DNA of 64,000 nucleotides from a bacterium (GCA_021846685.1 JAJZWL010000001.1:387-64386); one strand, 5' to 3'; positions 1 to 9,681 are shown, counted from the stretch's first letter. The notes: generated by a model not told the origin, from the letters alone. Numbers and translations are program-made.

Positions 1-633
1 ATTAATATTGGAAAACTTTCCTCAATTACAGATCTTTCAGCATATTTTATGGCAGGCTCCCCAGGGGCAGGTAAAACTGAATGGTCTAAATCGTTTATTA
101 AAACTCTTATAGATAAAGAACCTAACAGAACTATAGTGAGAATTGATCCTGATGAAATCAGAGAATTCTTACCCAACTATATTCCAGAACAAGCAGATAT
201 ATTTCAAGGTGCAACTGCTCTTGGAGTGGAAAAAATTCTTGATTATGTACTAAAAAACAATCAAGATTTTTTACTTGATGGGACTTTTTCTAATTATGAG
301 GTTTCTTATAAAAATGTTAAACGTTCACTCAATAAAGGAAGAAAAGTTGCTGTAATATATATTTACCAGGATCCTTTAATTGCATGGGATTTTACAAAGA
401 AGCGAGCATTTATTGAAAAAAGAATTATTCCCAAACAAGCATTTATCAGATCTTTTTTTAAAGCTCATGAAAATGTAACCAAAATTAAAGAAGAATTTGG
501 TAATTCTATTGAGATCTGGTTAGTGAAAAGAAATTATCATAGAAAAACAGAAAAAGTATATCTTGATATTGATAAAGTTGATAATTATATTAAAAATGAA
601 TATAATAAAGAAAATTTGGAAAAATTATTATGA
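1..633 (+). CDS. Zeta-toxin-like P-loop kinase domain protein. It is 5-prime partial: the reading frame is open back to window position 1.
   Basis: Walker A GSPGAGKT sits at the very N-terminus of the ORF called at 49. Downstream IDPDEIR and LLDGTF blocks are typical of zeta/PezT-family kinases. The frame upstream of the Met at 49 has no stop to base 1, so the start is probably outside the window. Confidence 0.55.
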   Translation: MNIGKLSSITDLSAYFMAGSPGAGKTEWSKSFIKTLIDKEPNRTIVRIDPDEIREFLPNYIPEQADIFQGATALGVEKILDYVLKNNQDFLLDGTFSNYEVSYKNVKRSLNKGRKVAVIYIYQDPLIAWDFTKKRAFIEKRIIPKQAFIRSFFKAHENVTKIKEEFGNSIEIWLVKRNYHRKTEKVYLDIDKVDNYIKNEYNKENLEKLL

Positions 634-806
634 AACATTTAGTTAATAAGTTAAAAATCAAAAAATCAGGAACTACAAGTTTCTTTGATTATCCTGAAAA
701 AGAGAAAATAGATATAATAACTAAAGCTGCAAAAGAAGCAAATAAGATGCAGAGTGAATTAATTAAAAAATATACTAAATTACAAAATAATCCTTCTTAT
801 AATTAG
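630..806 (+). CDS. Small hypothetical protein, 58 aa, below the ORF-track cutoff. Its ATG overlaps the TGA of the upstream kinase gene (ATGA).
   Basis: Own translation: MKHLVNKLKIKKSGTTSFFDYPEKEKIDIITKAAKEANKMQSELIKKYTKLQNNPSYN. The 4-nt start/stop overlap suggests translational coupling. Confidence 0.3.
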   Translation: MKHLVNKLKIKKSGTTSFFDYPEKEKIDIITKAAKEANKMQSELIKKYTKLQNNPSYN

Positions 807-1226
807 GTTTTGCTTTATTTCTAATATAGTTTAGGAAAAGTAATTCTATTATTTTCATCATGTCCAATTTATCTAGTTTTTTCAAAGGTTAAAGTGAGGT
901 TTTTAAAATAGGGTTCCACCCACAGGACAGCTTATCGAAAATTTATATATATGCTCAATCACTATTTTAGTTATATATAATTAATATTTTAACTAATATT
1001 TCAACCTATCAATTTCTATATTTTTATTATATATACTTTTTCTAATGGTTACTCATATAGTAGTTTATTCTCCTAATTTATTCTTAGAAAACTTTTACGA
1101 AAATATGGGTACTTGGCAGACACAATATTATGTACACATTTGAGATAAAATACAGAAATTTCAAATCATTACATTCCAGAATTTGATTTCAGGGTTATAA
1201 AAAAAAAAGACTTCTATAAATAAACC

Positions 1227-2393
1227 TTAAAAACTCCAATTTCCATCTATTTCAAAAAAACCTTTAATATTAGTTTTTTTAGAAAAAATCTTAAAATTTT
1301 TAATTCTTTCTATAGAGACTAATTGTTCTGTTAAATCTTTATTATAAATAACTATAGAAATAAAATATTCAGATGATATTAATTTTAAATTATTACATAC
1401 AAAATTAATATGTCCTTTTTTCTCTAATTTATCTATATTAAATATATTATATGTACTAATAGAAGATACAACAGTCCCATCATCTCTTGTTATAATAAAT
1501 TCTATATTAGGATTTACGATTATTTCTTTCAAATTATATTCCAAAGATATTGTCACTTTTTCATTAGAATCAAAAATAGAGGTGTCCTCTCCTTTTGAAT
1601 TTAAAAGCTTTATTTTCAACTTTTCATCTATTTTGTCAGTCTTGCTTATTTTACTTTTATTAAAAGATATTTCACTATATTTTTGTAGTACATTAAAAGC
1701 TTTTCCTTCTTTACTGATAGATCCTTTTTCTAAAAGTATTACTCTATCGCAAAACTCTTCAATAGCACCCATTGAGTGAGACACAAAAATAATTGTTTTC
1801 CCTTGTTGTTTTAGAGTTCTAAACATATCAAAACATTTTTGCTGAAAAGCAAGGTCTCCTACTGCTAGAACTTCATCTAATATATATATATCCCCTTCAG
1901 ACTGAATTGCAATCGAGAAAGCTAATCTTACTTGCATTCCTGAAGAAAAATTCTTAAGTTGAGTTTCTTCAAATCCTTGTAATTCTGAAAATTCAATTAT
2001 ACTTTTATATTTAGCTTTAATTTGGTCTCTAGTAAGCCCTAATATTACTCCATTTAAAAAAACATTATCCTTTGCAGTAAGCTCTGGATTAAAACCTACT
2101 CCTAATTCTAAAAATGGAATTAACTTTCCTTTAGAAATAACTTCTCCTTTATTCGGGAGATATATATTTGATATTATTTTCAAAAGGGTACTTTTCCCTG
2201 ATCCATTTCTACCTATTATTCCTAAGAATTCTCCTTTTGAAACAGAAAAAGAAACATTATCAACTGCTACAAAGGATCTATATTTTGCCTTTCTAAAAGG
2301 ATGAATAAAATAATCTTTCATTTGAGTTCTTCTCTCTATTGGAATTTTAAAATTTTTTGTTATATTTTTTAATTCTATTACTGTCTCTTTCAT
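1227..2393 (-). CDS. Polysaccharide/teichoic-acid type ABC exporter ATP-binding protein (Wzt/TagH-like) with an extra C-terminal domain.
   Basis: Walker A GRNGSGKST and ABC signature SGGMQVRLAFS are present, followed by a roughly 150-aa C-terminal extension as in Wzt. Directly downstream of an ABC-2 permease gene. Confidence 0.85.
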   Translation of the reverse strand: MKETVIELKNITKNFKIPIERRTQMKDYFIHPFRKAKYRSFVAVDNVSFSVSKGEFLGIIGRNGSGKSTLLKIISNIYLPNKGEVISKGKLIPFLELGVGFNPELTAKDNVFLNGVILGLTRDQIKAKYKSIIEFSELQGFEETQLKNFSSGMQVRLAFSIAIQSEGDIYILDEVLAVGDLAFQQKCFDMFRTLKQQGKTIIFVSHSMGAIEEFCDRVILLEKGSISKEGKAFNVLQKYSEISFNKSKISKTDKIDEKLKIKLLNSKGEDTSIFDSNEKVTISLEYNLKEIIVNPNIEFIITRDDGTVVSSISTYNIFNIDKLEKKGHINFVCNNLKLISSEYFISIVIYNKDLTEQLVSIERIKNFKIFSKKTNIKGFFEIDGNWSF

Positions 2394-2395
2394 AA

Positions 2396-3157
2396 TTAAA
2401 AGTCCTCTGCTATCTTCATTATTTTTTTACTAAAAAATCTATAGCTAAAATAAAGAAATACTACAGATATAATAAATATTATCAAAGTAGAATAAACTGA
2501 CTCTATTTTATTATAAATTAAAGCCTCTCTCGTAAAATTGAATATATGAGTTAAAGGATTAGCATCAATCAAATATAAAGTTTTCCCCTTAATAAGAGAT
2601 AGTGGGTATACAATAGGAGTTAGATAAAATAAAACTAACATAAAAATATCCCAAATATGTTGTAAATCTCTAAATAGAACATGAAGAATACTTATTGAAA
2701 AAGAGATAGCTAATCCTAATATATACAGAATGACTATACCAAATAAAAAGATTAATATATCTAAAGGAGATGGCAATATATGATTAAATGCAAAAAAGAT
2801 AATTATAACAACCAAATTAAAGGTAAAGTTCACTACAGCTATAAGACTAGACCCTACAACTGCTAAATATCTTTTAAAATTAACTTTCAGCATCATATCT
2901 TTTTTTTGTAAAAGGGAATTTAATCCATTAATTGTAATTTCTTGGAAAAAAGTATACATAATAGTTCCCAAAAGTAGGTATAATGCATAAAATTTAACGG
3001 TATTTCCCAAAAGAAGTGAAAATACTATATACATTACAGTAAATATCAAAAGAGGTTTAATAACAACCCAAAGAAACCCTAATATTGAGTTATTATACCT
3101 TAATGTAAAATCAGTTTTAACAAATTCTAACAGGAGATCTTTATCCGTTCTTTTCAT
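2396..3157 (-). CDS. ABC-2 type polysaccharide exporter permease (Wzm/TagG-like).
   Basis: 253-aa protein with six predicted TM helices and an ABC-2 family layout. The gene is adjacent to the Wzt-like ATPase (3-nt gap). Confidence 0.75.
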   Translation of the reverse strand: MKRTDKDLLLEFVKTDFTLRYNNSILGFLWVVIKPLLIFTVMYIVFSLLLGNTVKFYALYLLLGTIMYTFFQEITINGLNSLLQKKDMMLKVNFKRYLAVVGSSLIAVVNFTFNLVVIIIFFAFNHILPSPLDILIFLFGIVILYILGLAISFSISILHVLFRDLQHIWDIFMLVLFYLTPIVYPLSLIKGKTLYLIDANPLTHIFNFTREALIYNKIESVYSTLIIFIISVVFLYFSYRFFSKKIMKIAEDF

Positions 3158-3210
3158 ATTAACATTATATATTAAATTTTATAATTAAAAAAATAAAACT
3201 AGAGTAATCT

Positions 3211-3681
3211 TTATATATTTGATGTCTTATCTACGACAAAATTGTCTAGTCTAGTTTTTATTCCTCTCTTAAATGACCTAATTAAAAGATATACAGTATC
3301 TAAATTAGAATCATATCTAGAAGCTATAGGAGAGAATCTACAATCATGACTGGGAAGAGTTTTATTCTTAATATTTTCATATATACAATCTACAAACTTT
3401 TCTCTTTGTATATCGCTACATTCAGTTATTACAAAGATAACTCCTAAATTGCTAATATTAGGATTCGTTGCAAAATATTCTCTTAAATCTTCTGCAGAAT
3501 TAACTTCTATACCATCAATCTTGATGCCCGAAGATTTGTTATCCTCTCTGATCCGTCCTAAATACTCTTCTGAAATAGCTTTCTCATCTCCCATCAAAAA
3601 TACAACTGCATCTTTTTCAAGTAATATAGGATCCCATGTTTTTTGTTCAGTACTTTCTAATTTTTCCATATTTATAAACAT
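3211..3681 (-). CDS. Hypothetical cytoplasmic protein; first gene of the Wzm/Wzt operon.
   Basis: 156-aa ORF, co-directional and tightly spaced with wzm. I recognise no motif. Confidence 0.4.
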   Translation of the reverse strand: MFINMEKLESTEQKTWDPILLEKDAVVFLMGDEKAISEEYLGRIREDNKSSGIKIDGIEVNSAEDLREYFATNPNISNLGVIFVITECSDIQREKFVDCIYENIKNKTLPSHDCRFSPIASRYDSNLDTVYLLIRSFKRGIKTRLDNFVVDKTSNI

Positions 3682-3717
3682 AAAATAATAACAATATGGT
3701 ATACTATCATAAAAATA

Positions 3718-4629
3718 ATGAAGAGAAAAGACATATCTATAGTAATAGTGACATATAATGTAAGGAAATTACTCATTGATTGTTTAGAATCAATAAAGAA
3801 TTCGAACGACACTCTTTCAAAAGAAATTTTTGTAGTTGATAATGGAGATGATGATACATATACATATTTTGAGAATAAAAAAGAATATATATATATAAAA
3901 AATAAAGAAAACTTAGGATTTTCAAAAGCTAACAATATTGCTCTTAAAAAAGCTACCGGAAGATATCTATTAATACTTAACCCAGATACAAAACTTAAAA
4001 AAAATACCCTTTCTATTATGTATAACTTTATGCAAGAGAATAAAGATATTGGGCTTTCAACTTGCCCTTTATACCTTCCAGATAAGTCATTAGATAAAGC
4101 ATGTAGAAGAAATTTCCCAACTATAAAAAGTGCTTTGGGAAAAATTTTCTTTTTATCGCGCATATCCACTAAATTTGAAGGATATAATATCAACATAGAC
4201 AATAGGACTCAGACTGACATAGATGCTTGTTCTGGGGCATTTATGTTTGCCAGAAGCGAGATTTTTAAAGGAGATAAACATCATAAAAAAGTTTCTTTTT
4301 TTGATGAAGATTTCTGGGCTATGGGGGAAGATTTAGATTTATGCTATAGAATAAAAAAATCTGGGTGGAGAATAACTTTTTATCCTAAAACTTCTATACT
4401 CCACTACAAAGGGGCTTCTGGAGGACTTAAAAAATCAAGTAGAAAATTAAGCAGTGCTGATATGAAAACAAAAAGGAAATGGCTTAAAGCCTATTCAGAT
4501 GCTATGTATATATTTTATAAAAAGCATTATCTTAAAAAACACAGTAAATTTACAAATTTCACAGTAGTAATAGGAATACAGATATACTATATATTAAAAA
4601 TATCTAAATTAGTTATAACAAAAAAATAA
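3718..4629 (+). CDS. Family 2 glycosyltransferase.
   Basis: N-terminal ISIVIVTYN, then DNGDDD, then a LILNPDT (DxD-like) layout typical of the GT-A fold of GT2. Divergent from the ABC exporter operon. Confidence 0.75.
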   Translation: MKRKDISIVIVTYNVRKLLIDCLESIKNSNDTLSKEIFVVDNGDDDTYTYFENKKEYIYIKNKENLGFSKANNIALKKATGRYLLILNPDTKLKKNTLSIMYNFMQENKDIGLSTCPLYLPDKSLDKACRRNFPTIKSALGKIFFLSRISTKFEGYNINIDNRTQTDIDACSGAFMFARSEIFKGDKHHKKVSFFDEDFWAMGEDLDLCYRIKKSGWRITFYPKTSILHYKGASGGLKKSSRKLSSADMKTKRKWLKAYSDAMYIFYKKHYLKKHSKFTNFTVVIGIQIYYILKISKLVITKK

Positions 4630-4686
4630 TTTTATATTTATAGTATAAGAATTTACTCCTTACAGAAGAACTTCTATTTTAAATAA

Positions 4687-5007
4687 TTAAAGAGATGATC
4701 CAGTTGAAGTATTTTGAGAAAGAAGACTATTCAATTGAGAAAAACTAGTAGAATTAACATAATTTATAGCATTTGAAAGTCCTGTATATGAAGTAACTTT
4801 TGGTACTGAAGTTGCTGAATTTTGGGTACTTGTTGGTGTTTTCATAGTCATATTACTTTCAACATAAGACTGATAATTAGCAGCATTTACTAATTCTAAG
4901 AGAGCTATAGCAAAAAGCAATAAAAGTACTACTCCTAAAACTCGATATATAGTAATATCTTTTTTCAATGTTTTTATTTGTTCAAATTCACTTTTTTCTT
5001 CAGACAT
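4687..5007 (-). CDS. Small membrane-anchored hypothetical protein.
   Basis: One N-terminal TM helix followed by a Ser/Thr-rich tail. Immediately downstream of the 5010-5636 gene. Confidence 0.35.
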   Translation of the reverse strand: MSEEKSEFEQIKTLKKDITIYRVLGVVLLLLFAIALLELVNAANYQSYVESNMTMKTPTSTQNSATSVPKVTSYTGLSNAINYVNSTSFSQLNSLLSQNTSTGSSL

Positions 5008-5009
5008 AA

Positions 5010-5636
5010 TTATTTAGTAGTAGATAAAGTACTTTTATTCGTGCTACCGGTAGAACTTCTAACAGCAACTAAAAGATTAATTACTGCTTTCTTATATAAA
5101 TTCAGATCTGTAATTTCATTTTTCATATCAGTATTAAAAGCTAATATTTGTGTTTGAGGAGCAGAGTTATTACAAGAAAAATTACCAGAATCTAAACTAA
5201 ATTGATTTAATTGACCTTGAGCTGTATCTTGAGCTGTCAAAACAGCTGTTGATAAAGTTGCATAATTTGAAACTACAATACCTTTAGGCAAAAGAGAGTT
5301 ATTATAATAATCCTGAACCCTAGAAACAATAGTAGAGAATCTATTAATTATATTATTTGATAATTCATATAACTTTTTATCTCTATTTTTAACACTAGAT
5401 GCAATTTTGATGCATGCAGTTTGCAATCCATTCCCTGAGTGAGAAGTTCCAGCCCCCTTAGCACTACTAGCATTCGATCCATTTGTGGATGCAGCACTAG
5501 CATGAGAAGAAGCAGTACTTACATTATGAGAAGAAGCATTCCTTGAGTTAGAAGCAGCTGTTGATCTAGCATATACAGCTCCAGCGGAAACAGCTAATAC
5601 AAGAACAGTTACAGGTAATAAATATTTCAATTTCAT
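5010..5636 (-). CDS. Secreted Ser/Ala-rich hypothetical protein.
   Basis: Signal-peptide-like N-terminus (MKLKYLLPVTVLVLAVSAGAVYA), followed by low-complexity Ser/Ala/Asn-rich sequence. The region is locally GC-richer than its surroundings. Confidence 0.45.
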   Translation of the reverse strand: MKLKYLLPVTVLVLAVSAGAVYARSTAASNSRNASSHNVSTASSHASAASTNGSNASSAKGAGTSHSGNGLQTACIKIASSVKNRDKKLYELSNNIINRFSTIVSRVQDYYNNSLLPKGIVVSNYATLSTAVLTAQDTAQGQLNQFSLDSGNFSCNNSAPQTQILAFNTDMKNEITDLNLYKKAVINLLVAVRSSTGSTNKSTLSTTK

Positions 5637-5727
5637 ACTCTAAATTATAGCAAATCTAATTTTTATGTCCAGAGTTCTTACTATAGTACTATTGTCACAA
5701 GGATAAATAATAGTATAATAAATACAT

Positions 5728-5889
5728 ATGGAAAAAAAATTAAAAATAACGATAAGAGATATAGTCATAATAATTCTTTTTTTAGTAATTATTTATCTTA
5801 TTTACAAAGATTATTCTGTTAATTCAAAATATGTAAGTTTAAAAAATAGAATACAAACTCATTCATCTAGCCTTGTTCCTAAAATATAA
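5728..5889 (+). CDS. Possible small membrane protein, 53 aa (own translation; below the ORF-track cutoff).
   Basis: ATG followed by a hydrophobic stretch (IVIIILFLVIIYLIY). Could be spurious in AT-rich DNA. Confidence 0.2.
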   Translation: MEKKLKITIRDIVIIILFLVIIYLIYKDYSVNSKYVSLKNRIQTHSSSLVPKI

Positions 5890-5930
5890 GTTTCATAGAT
5901 CCCTTTTATAAATGTGATATAATTTATTCT

Positions 5931-8126
5931 ATGAATACAGAAGAAAAAGCATATAATCCAAAGATTGTAGAGAATAGAATTTTAGAATTTTGGAAAGAAT
6001 CTAAATTTTTTTCACCAGAATACAAAAAAGAAAGGACAAATACATTTACAATAATACTCCCTCCCCCAAATGCAAATAGTTCTCTTCATTTAGGAACAAT
6101 GAGTGGCAATACTATACAAGATATACTAGGAAGGTATCACAGGATGATAGGCGATAAAGTATTACTTGTTCCAGGAAAAGACCATGCTGCAATACAGACA
6201 GAAGTTGTTTTTGAAAAATACTTAGAAAAAAAAGGTATAAAAAAGAGAGATTTAGGAAGAGAAGAGTTTTATAAGCAGTGTTATGATTTTTGTATACTAA
6301 ATTCAGATATAGCAAGGGATCAAGAACAAAGAATCGGCCTTAGTGCAGATTACAGTAGAGAAAAATTTACACTTGACAAAGATATCACAAAAATGGTTTA
6401 TGAAACTTTTATAAGAATGTTTGAAGAAGGCTTAGTATATAGAGGAAAAAGAATCATTAATTGGTGTATAAAAGATCAGACTGCACTAGCAGATATAGAT
6501 ACAGAATACAAAGAAGAAGACAGTAAGCTTTATTATATTAAATATGGAGAATTAATAGTTGCAACAACAAGACCTGAAACAAAAATGGCAGATGTGGCTT
6601 TAGCTGTAAACCCAAAGGATAAAAGATATTCTCATTTAATAGGGACAAGTATAAACATACAGTCTATAGAGGGAGAAAGGTCATTACCTATAATAGGAGA
6701 AAGAAGTGTTGACCCTGAATATGGAACGGGGATATTAAAAGTAACCCCAGGACACTCAAAAGAGGACTTTAAAATAGGAGAAAAAAATAATCTTCCAATT
6801 ATATCTGTAATAAACACATATGGGAAAATGACATATGGGAAATATAAAGGACTAAAGATTAAAGAAGGAAGAGAAAAAGTTGTAGATGATTTGAAAAAAC
6901 TTGGATTAATAGAAAAGATTGAAGATATAAAACATAATATTCAAATATGCGAAAGATGTAAACAAGATATAGAGCCCCTAATATCTTATCAATGGTTTAT
7001 ACGAACAAAGGAATTCGCAAAAAAGGCAATAATGGCAAGTGAGAAAGAGGAGATAAAATTTTACCCTAAAAGACAGGAGAAGAATTATTTAAGATTTTTG
7101 GAGAATATAGAAGATTGGTGTATCTCTAGACAACAATGGTGGGGCCAAAGAATTCCAGCATATTATTGTGGAGGGAAAGAAACAATAATTGATGAGAATG
7201 GAGATATTACAGAAAAAATACTAGGTTGTGGAAAAATTGTAGCATCCATAGATACTCCAAAAGAATGTCCTGACTGTAAAAACACAAATATGATTCAAGA
7301 TGAAGATATCTTTGATACCTGGTTCTCTTCCACTCAATGGCCTTATACATCTCTTGGAGGAATAGGAAATAAAGATTATAAAGAATATTACCCCACAAAT
7401 GTAATGGAGACAGGAAGAGATATTCTGTTTTTCTGGGTAGCTAGAATGGTAATGATGGGGCTATATACAACAGGAAAGGTTCCTTTCGGTGAAGTATACT
7501 TACACGGATTAGTTCTCGACAAGGAGGGGCAAAAACAATCTAAATCTAAGGGAAATGGAATAGATCCTGCAGATATGATAGAGAAATTTGGAACAGATGC
7601 ATTAAGACTTGCTCTAGTATCTTCTGTTTCACCTGATCAAGATTTTAGATTATATGAGGAAAAGATCAAAGGGTTTAGAAATTTTATAAACAAAATATAT
7701 AACTCTGCAAGATTAGTATTCTTAACACTAGAAAATCTTTCAGAAGAAGATAAAATAAAGATAAAAGAATATATTAGAGAGGATAAAATGACCACAAAAG
7801 TTAATGTTAATATCAATCAAGAAATGACAGACCATACTCGAAATATACATAGATTTATGAAGAAATTTGAAATAGGAATAGCTGCATTTGAAATACAAAA
7901 TTTTTATCATCACACCTTTTGCGATATATACCTAGAAGAAATGAAACCTCACCTTTCGCAGATAGAGTCTAAGGCAGAATTATTAAATATATTTTTAAAA
8001 AATATTTTAATAATGCATCCATTTATTCCTTTTATTACAGAGAATATATATCAAGCATTATTAGAAAAAAATCTTATAGATACGCAAGAAAAAATAATAA
8101 TGTATGAAAAATATCCAACAATTTAA
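5931..8126 (+). CDS. valS: Valine--tRNA ligase (class I, short form).
   Basis: PPPNANSSLHLG matches the ValRS-type PPPNVTGxLHxGH block, with a degenerate HIGH motif. A KQSKSKGN KMSKS-type motif and a WCISRQ block are present. 731 aa. Confidence 0.7.
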   Translation: MNTEEKAYNPKIVENRILEFWKESKFFSPEYKKERTNTFTIILPPPNANSSLHLGTMSGNTIQDILGRYHRMIGDKVLLVPGKDHAAIQTEVVFEKYLEKKGIKKRDLGREEFYKQCYDFCILNSDIARDQEQRIGLSADYSREKFTLDKDITKMVYETFIRMFEEGLVYRGKRIINWCIKDQTALADIDTEYKEEDSKLYYIKYGELIVATTRPETKMADVALAVNPKDKRYSHLIGTSINIQSIEGERSLPIIGERSVDPEYGTGILKVTPGHSKEDFKIGEKNNLPIISVINTYGKMTYGKYKGLKIKEGREKVVDDLKKLGLIEKIEDIKHNIQICERCKQDIEPLISYQWFIRTKEFAKKAIMASEKEEIKFYPKRQEKNYLRFLENIEDWCISRQQWWGQRIPAYYCGGKETIIDENGDITEKILGCGKIVASIDTPKECPDCKNTNMIQDEDIFDTWFSSTQWPYTSLGGIGNKDYKEYYPTNVMETGRDILFFWVARMVMMGLYTTGKVPFGEVYLHGLVLDKEGQKQSKSKGNGIDPADMIEKFGTDALRLALVSSVSPDQDFRLYEEKIKGFRNFINKIYNSARLVFLTLENLSEEDKIKIKEYIREDKMTTKVNVNINQEMTDHTRNIHRFMKKFEIGIAAFEIQNFYHHTFCDIYLEEMKPHLSQIESKAELLNIFLKNILIMHPFIPFITENIYQALLEKNLIDTQEKIIMYEKYPTI

Positions 8127-8260
8127 AGACGTATAGGGATTTGCGAATACATATGTTTATATTTAAGTACTAAAGCGATCTTTAATAAATTTAAAGAATT
8201 ACAAAGCAAATGATTTAATATTTTTCAAAAACCTCTATCAATAAAAATATACTCTTAATA

Positions 8261-8290
8261 TTGATAAAATAATATAAAGTATGATACTAT
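8261..8290 (+). promoter_or_regulatory. Putative sigma70-type promoter upstream of rplY.
   Basis: TTGATA (8261-8266), an 18-nt spacer, then TGATACTAT, an extended -10 (TACTAT at 8285-8290). Confidence 0.25.
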
Positions 8291-8300
8291 TCTCTTGTTT

Positions 8301-8948
8301 ATGAAAGACAGTATAAAGTTAGAAGCTCAAAAAAGAATACTTACTGGGAAAAAAGTTTCTCAATTAAGAACTGAAGGAAATATTCCTGCAGCTGTATTTG
8401 GAATTAATGGAAATCTGAATATAGTATTGAGTAAAAAGCTTTTTATTAAAACTTATGAGAAAGCTCAATACACATCAATAATAGACCTAATACTAGAAAA
8501 AACAAACCACAATGTTCTTATCTCAGAAATACAAGTACATCCAGTAACAAATGACGTATTACATGTAACTTTTCAAGAGGTCTCTTTAGAGAAAAAAGTT
8601 AATAAAAATGTTCCAATAGAACTTACAGGAGAAGCTCCTGCTATAAAAACATATAACGGAATATTAGTTCACTCACTTCAAGAAATTGAAATAGAAGCTT
8701 TACCTATGAATATTCCACAAAGTATAAAGGTAGATATTTCTGTATTAGAAAATATAGGTGATTCTATTCTTATAAAAGATCTTGTATTAGATGAGAGCTT
8801 AGAATTGGTTTCAAAAGATGAGGATGATATGGATATTGCAATAGTCACAATTTCACCTCCTACAGAAGAAGCCGAGGAAGAAGAGGGGGAAGTTTCTCCA
8901 GATGATGTAGAAATCATAAATGAGAAGAAAGAAGAAACTCCAGAATAA
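8301..8948 (+). CDS. rplY: Ribosomal protein L25 / general stress protein Ctc.
   Basis: N-terminus MKDSIKLEAQKR...GNIPAAVFG is typical of L25/Ctc, and there is an acidic C-terminal tail. The ORF track starts at a TTG (8295); the ATG at 8301 is the more likely start. Confidence 0.8.
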   Translation: MKDSIKLEAQKRILTGKKVSQLRTEGNIPAAVFGINGNLNIVLSKKLFIKTYEKAQYTSIIDLILEKTNHNVLISEIQVHPVTNDVLHVTFQEVSLEKKVNKNVPIELTGEAPAIKTYNGILVHSLQEIEIEALPMNIPQSIKVDISVLENIGDSILIKDLVLDESLELVSKDEDDMDIAIVTISPPTEEAEEEEGEVSPDDVEIINEKKEETPE

Positions 8949-9049
8949 TACAATAAAATCTATTGTCCACCTAAATACTATTTTATATATAAGTAATATA
9001 AAATATAAATAATATCTAATAATATCTATCGAGTAAAAAGAGTTTCTAC

Positions 9050-9250
9050 TTAAAAATTCTTTGCTTTTTCTATTACTTTTTCAACATCATCTACAAAATT
9101 AGGCAAAGAGTTATATATGCTTATAGCAACTAATTCATTATAGGCATGGGATGTTAAATTTCTTTGTTTTAAGTATTCAAACCAGGTATCTATATTATCT
9201 ATAAGACCCAATCTCAATGCATCTCTAAATATATTTTTAGAACCATACAC
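9050..9250 (-). CDS. HEPN-domain protein (HI0074-like), possibly N-terminally truncated; starts at GTG.
   Basis: The Rx4-6H motif appears as RNLTSH. It is 66 aa from the first canonical start. Its frame stays open upstream for about 30 more codons, overlapping the MNT gene, with no start codon in that stretch. Confidence 0.5.
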   Translation of the reverse strand: MYGSKNIFRDALRLGLIDNIDTWFEYLKQRNLTSHAYNELVAISIYNSLPNFVDDVEKVIEKAKNF

Positions 9251-9270
9251 ATCTCTAATTCCATTATTTT

Positions 9271-9552
9271 TTAAGATTTCATATATGAATTTCCATGAAA
9301 GCTCGAAAGTAAATTCATTTGTATTGAGGCATCTCTAATTATTGTATTTTCCGGTTCTTCTAATGCATCTTTAAGTTTCACCCATTCTCTAGGAGATACT
9401 TTATTTTTCCCATCAAAGCCTATATCTATATCAGAAAATTTATTTCTATCACTTGTAGCAGAAGAACCAAAGATAAATATTGAGTATTCATCTTTGGCAA
9501 CTATATTAAATATGATATTTCTAATCTCATCTATTATTTCCTTATCTAACAT
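9271..9552 (-). CDS. Minimal nucleotidyltransferase (MNT, HI0073-like) antitoxin-type protein.
   Basis: GSSATSDRNKFSDIDIGF is a GS...DxD polymerase-beta-like nucleotidyltransferase motif. 93 aa. Immediately upstream of the HEPN gene. Confidence 0.6.
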   Translation of the reverse strand: MLDKEIIDEIRNIIFNIVAKDEYSIFIFGSSATSDRNKFSDIDIGFDGKNKVSPREWVKLKDALEEPENTIIRDASIQMNLLSSFHGNSYMKS

Positions 9553-9681
9553 AGCACTATAATATCACTATTTAACAGAATTTTAGCAAATTATTAATAT
9601 CGTAAGATCTAAATATGGATTTTTTAGATATTAATAACATAGAAATCCACAATAAGAAGAAGGGGCTCTATTAGTATAAAT

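Noticed and set aside
3672-4202. 176-aa minus-strand ORF overlapping the GT2 gene.
   Set aside because: The plus-strand frame carries clear GT2 motifs, whereas the minus-strand product is low-complexity with no features. This is a shadow ORF.
8678-8953. 91-aa minus-strand ORF antisense to rplY.
   Set aside because: Its Ser-rich low-complexity product mirrors the acidic Glu-rich tail of L25 on the opposite strand. Shadow ORF.
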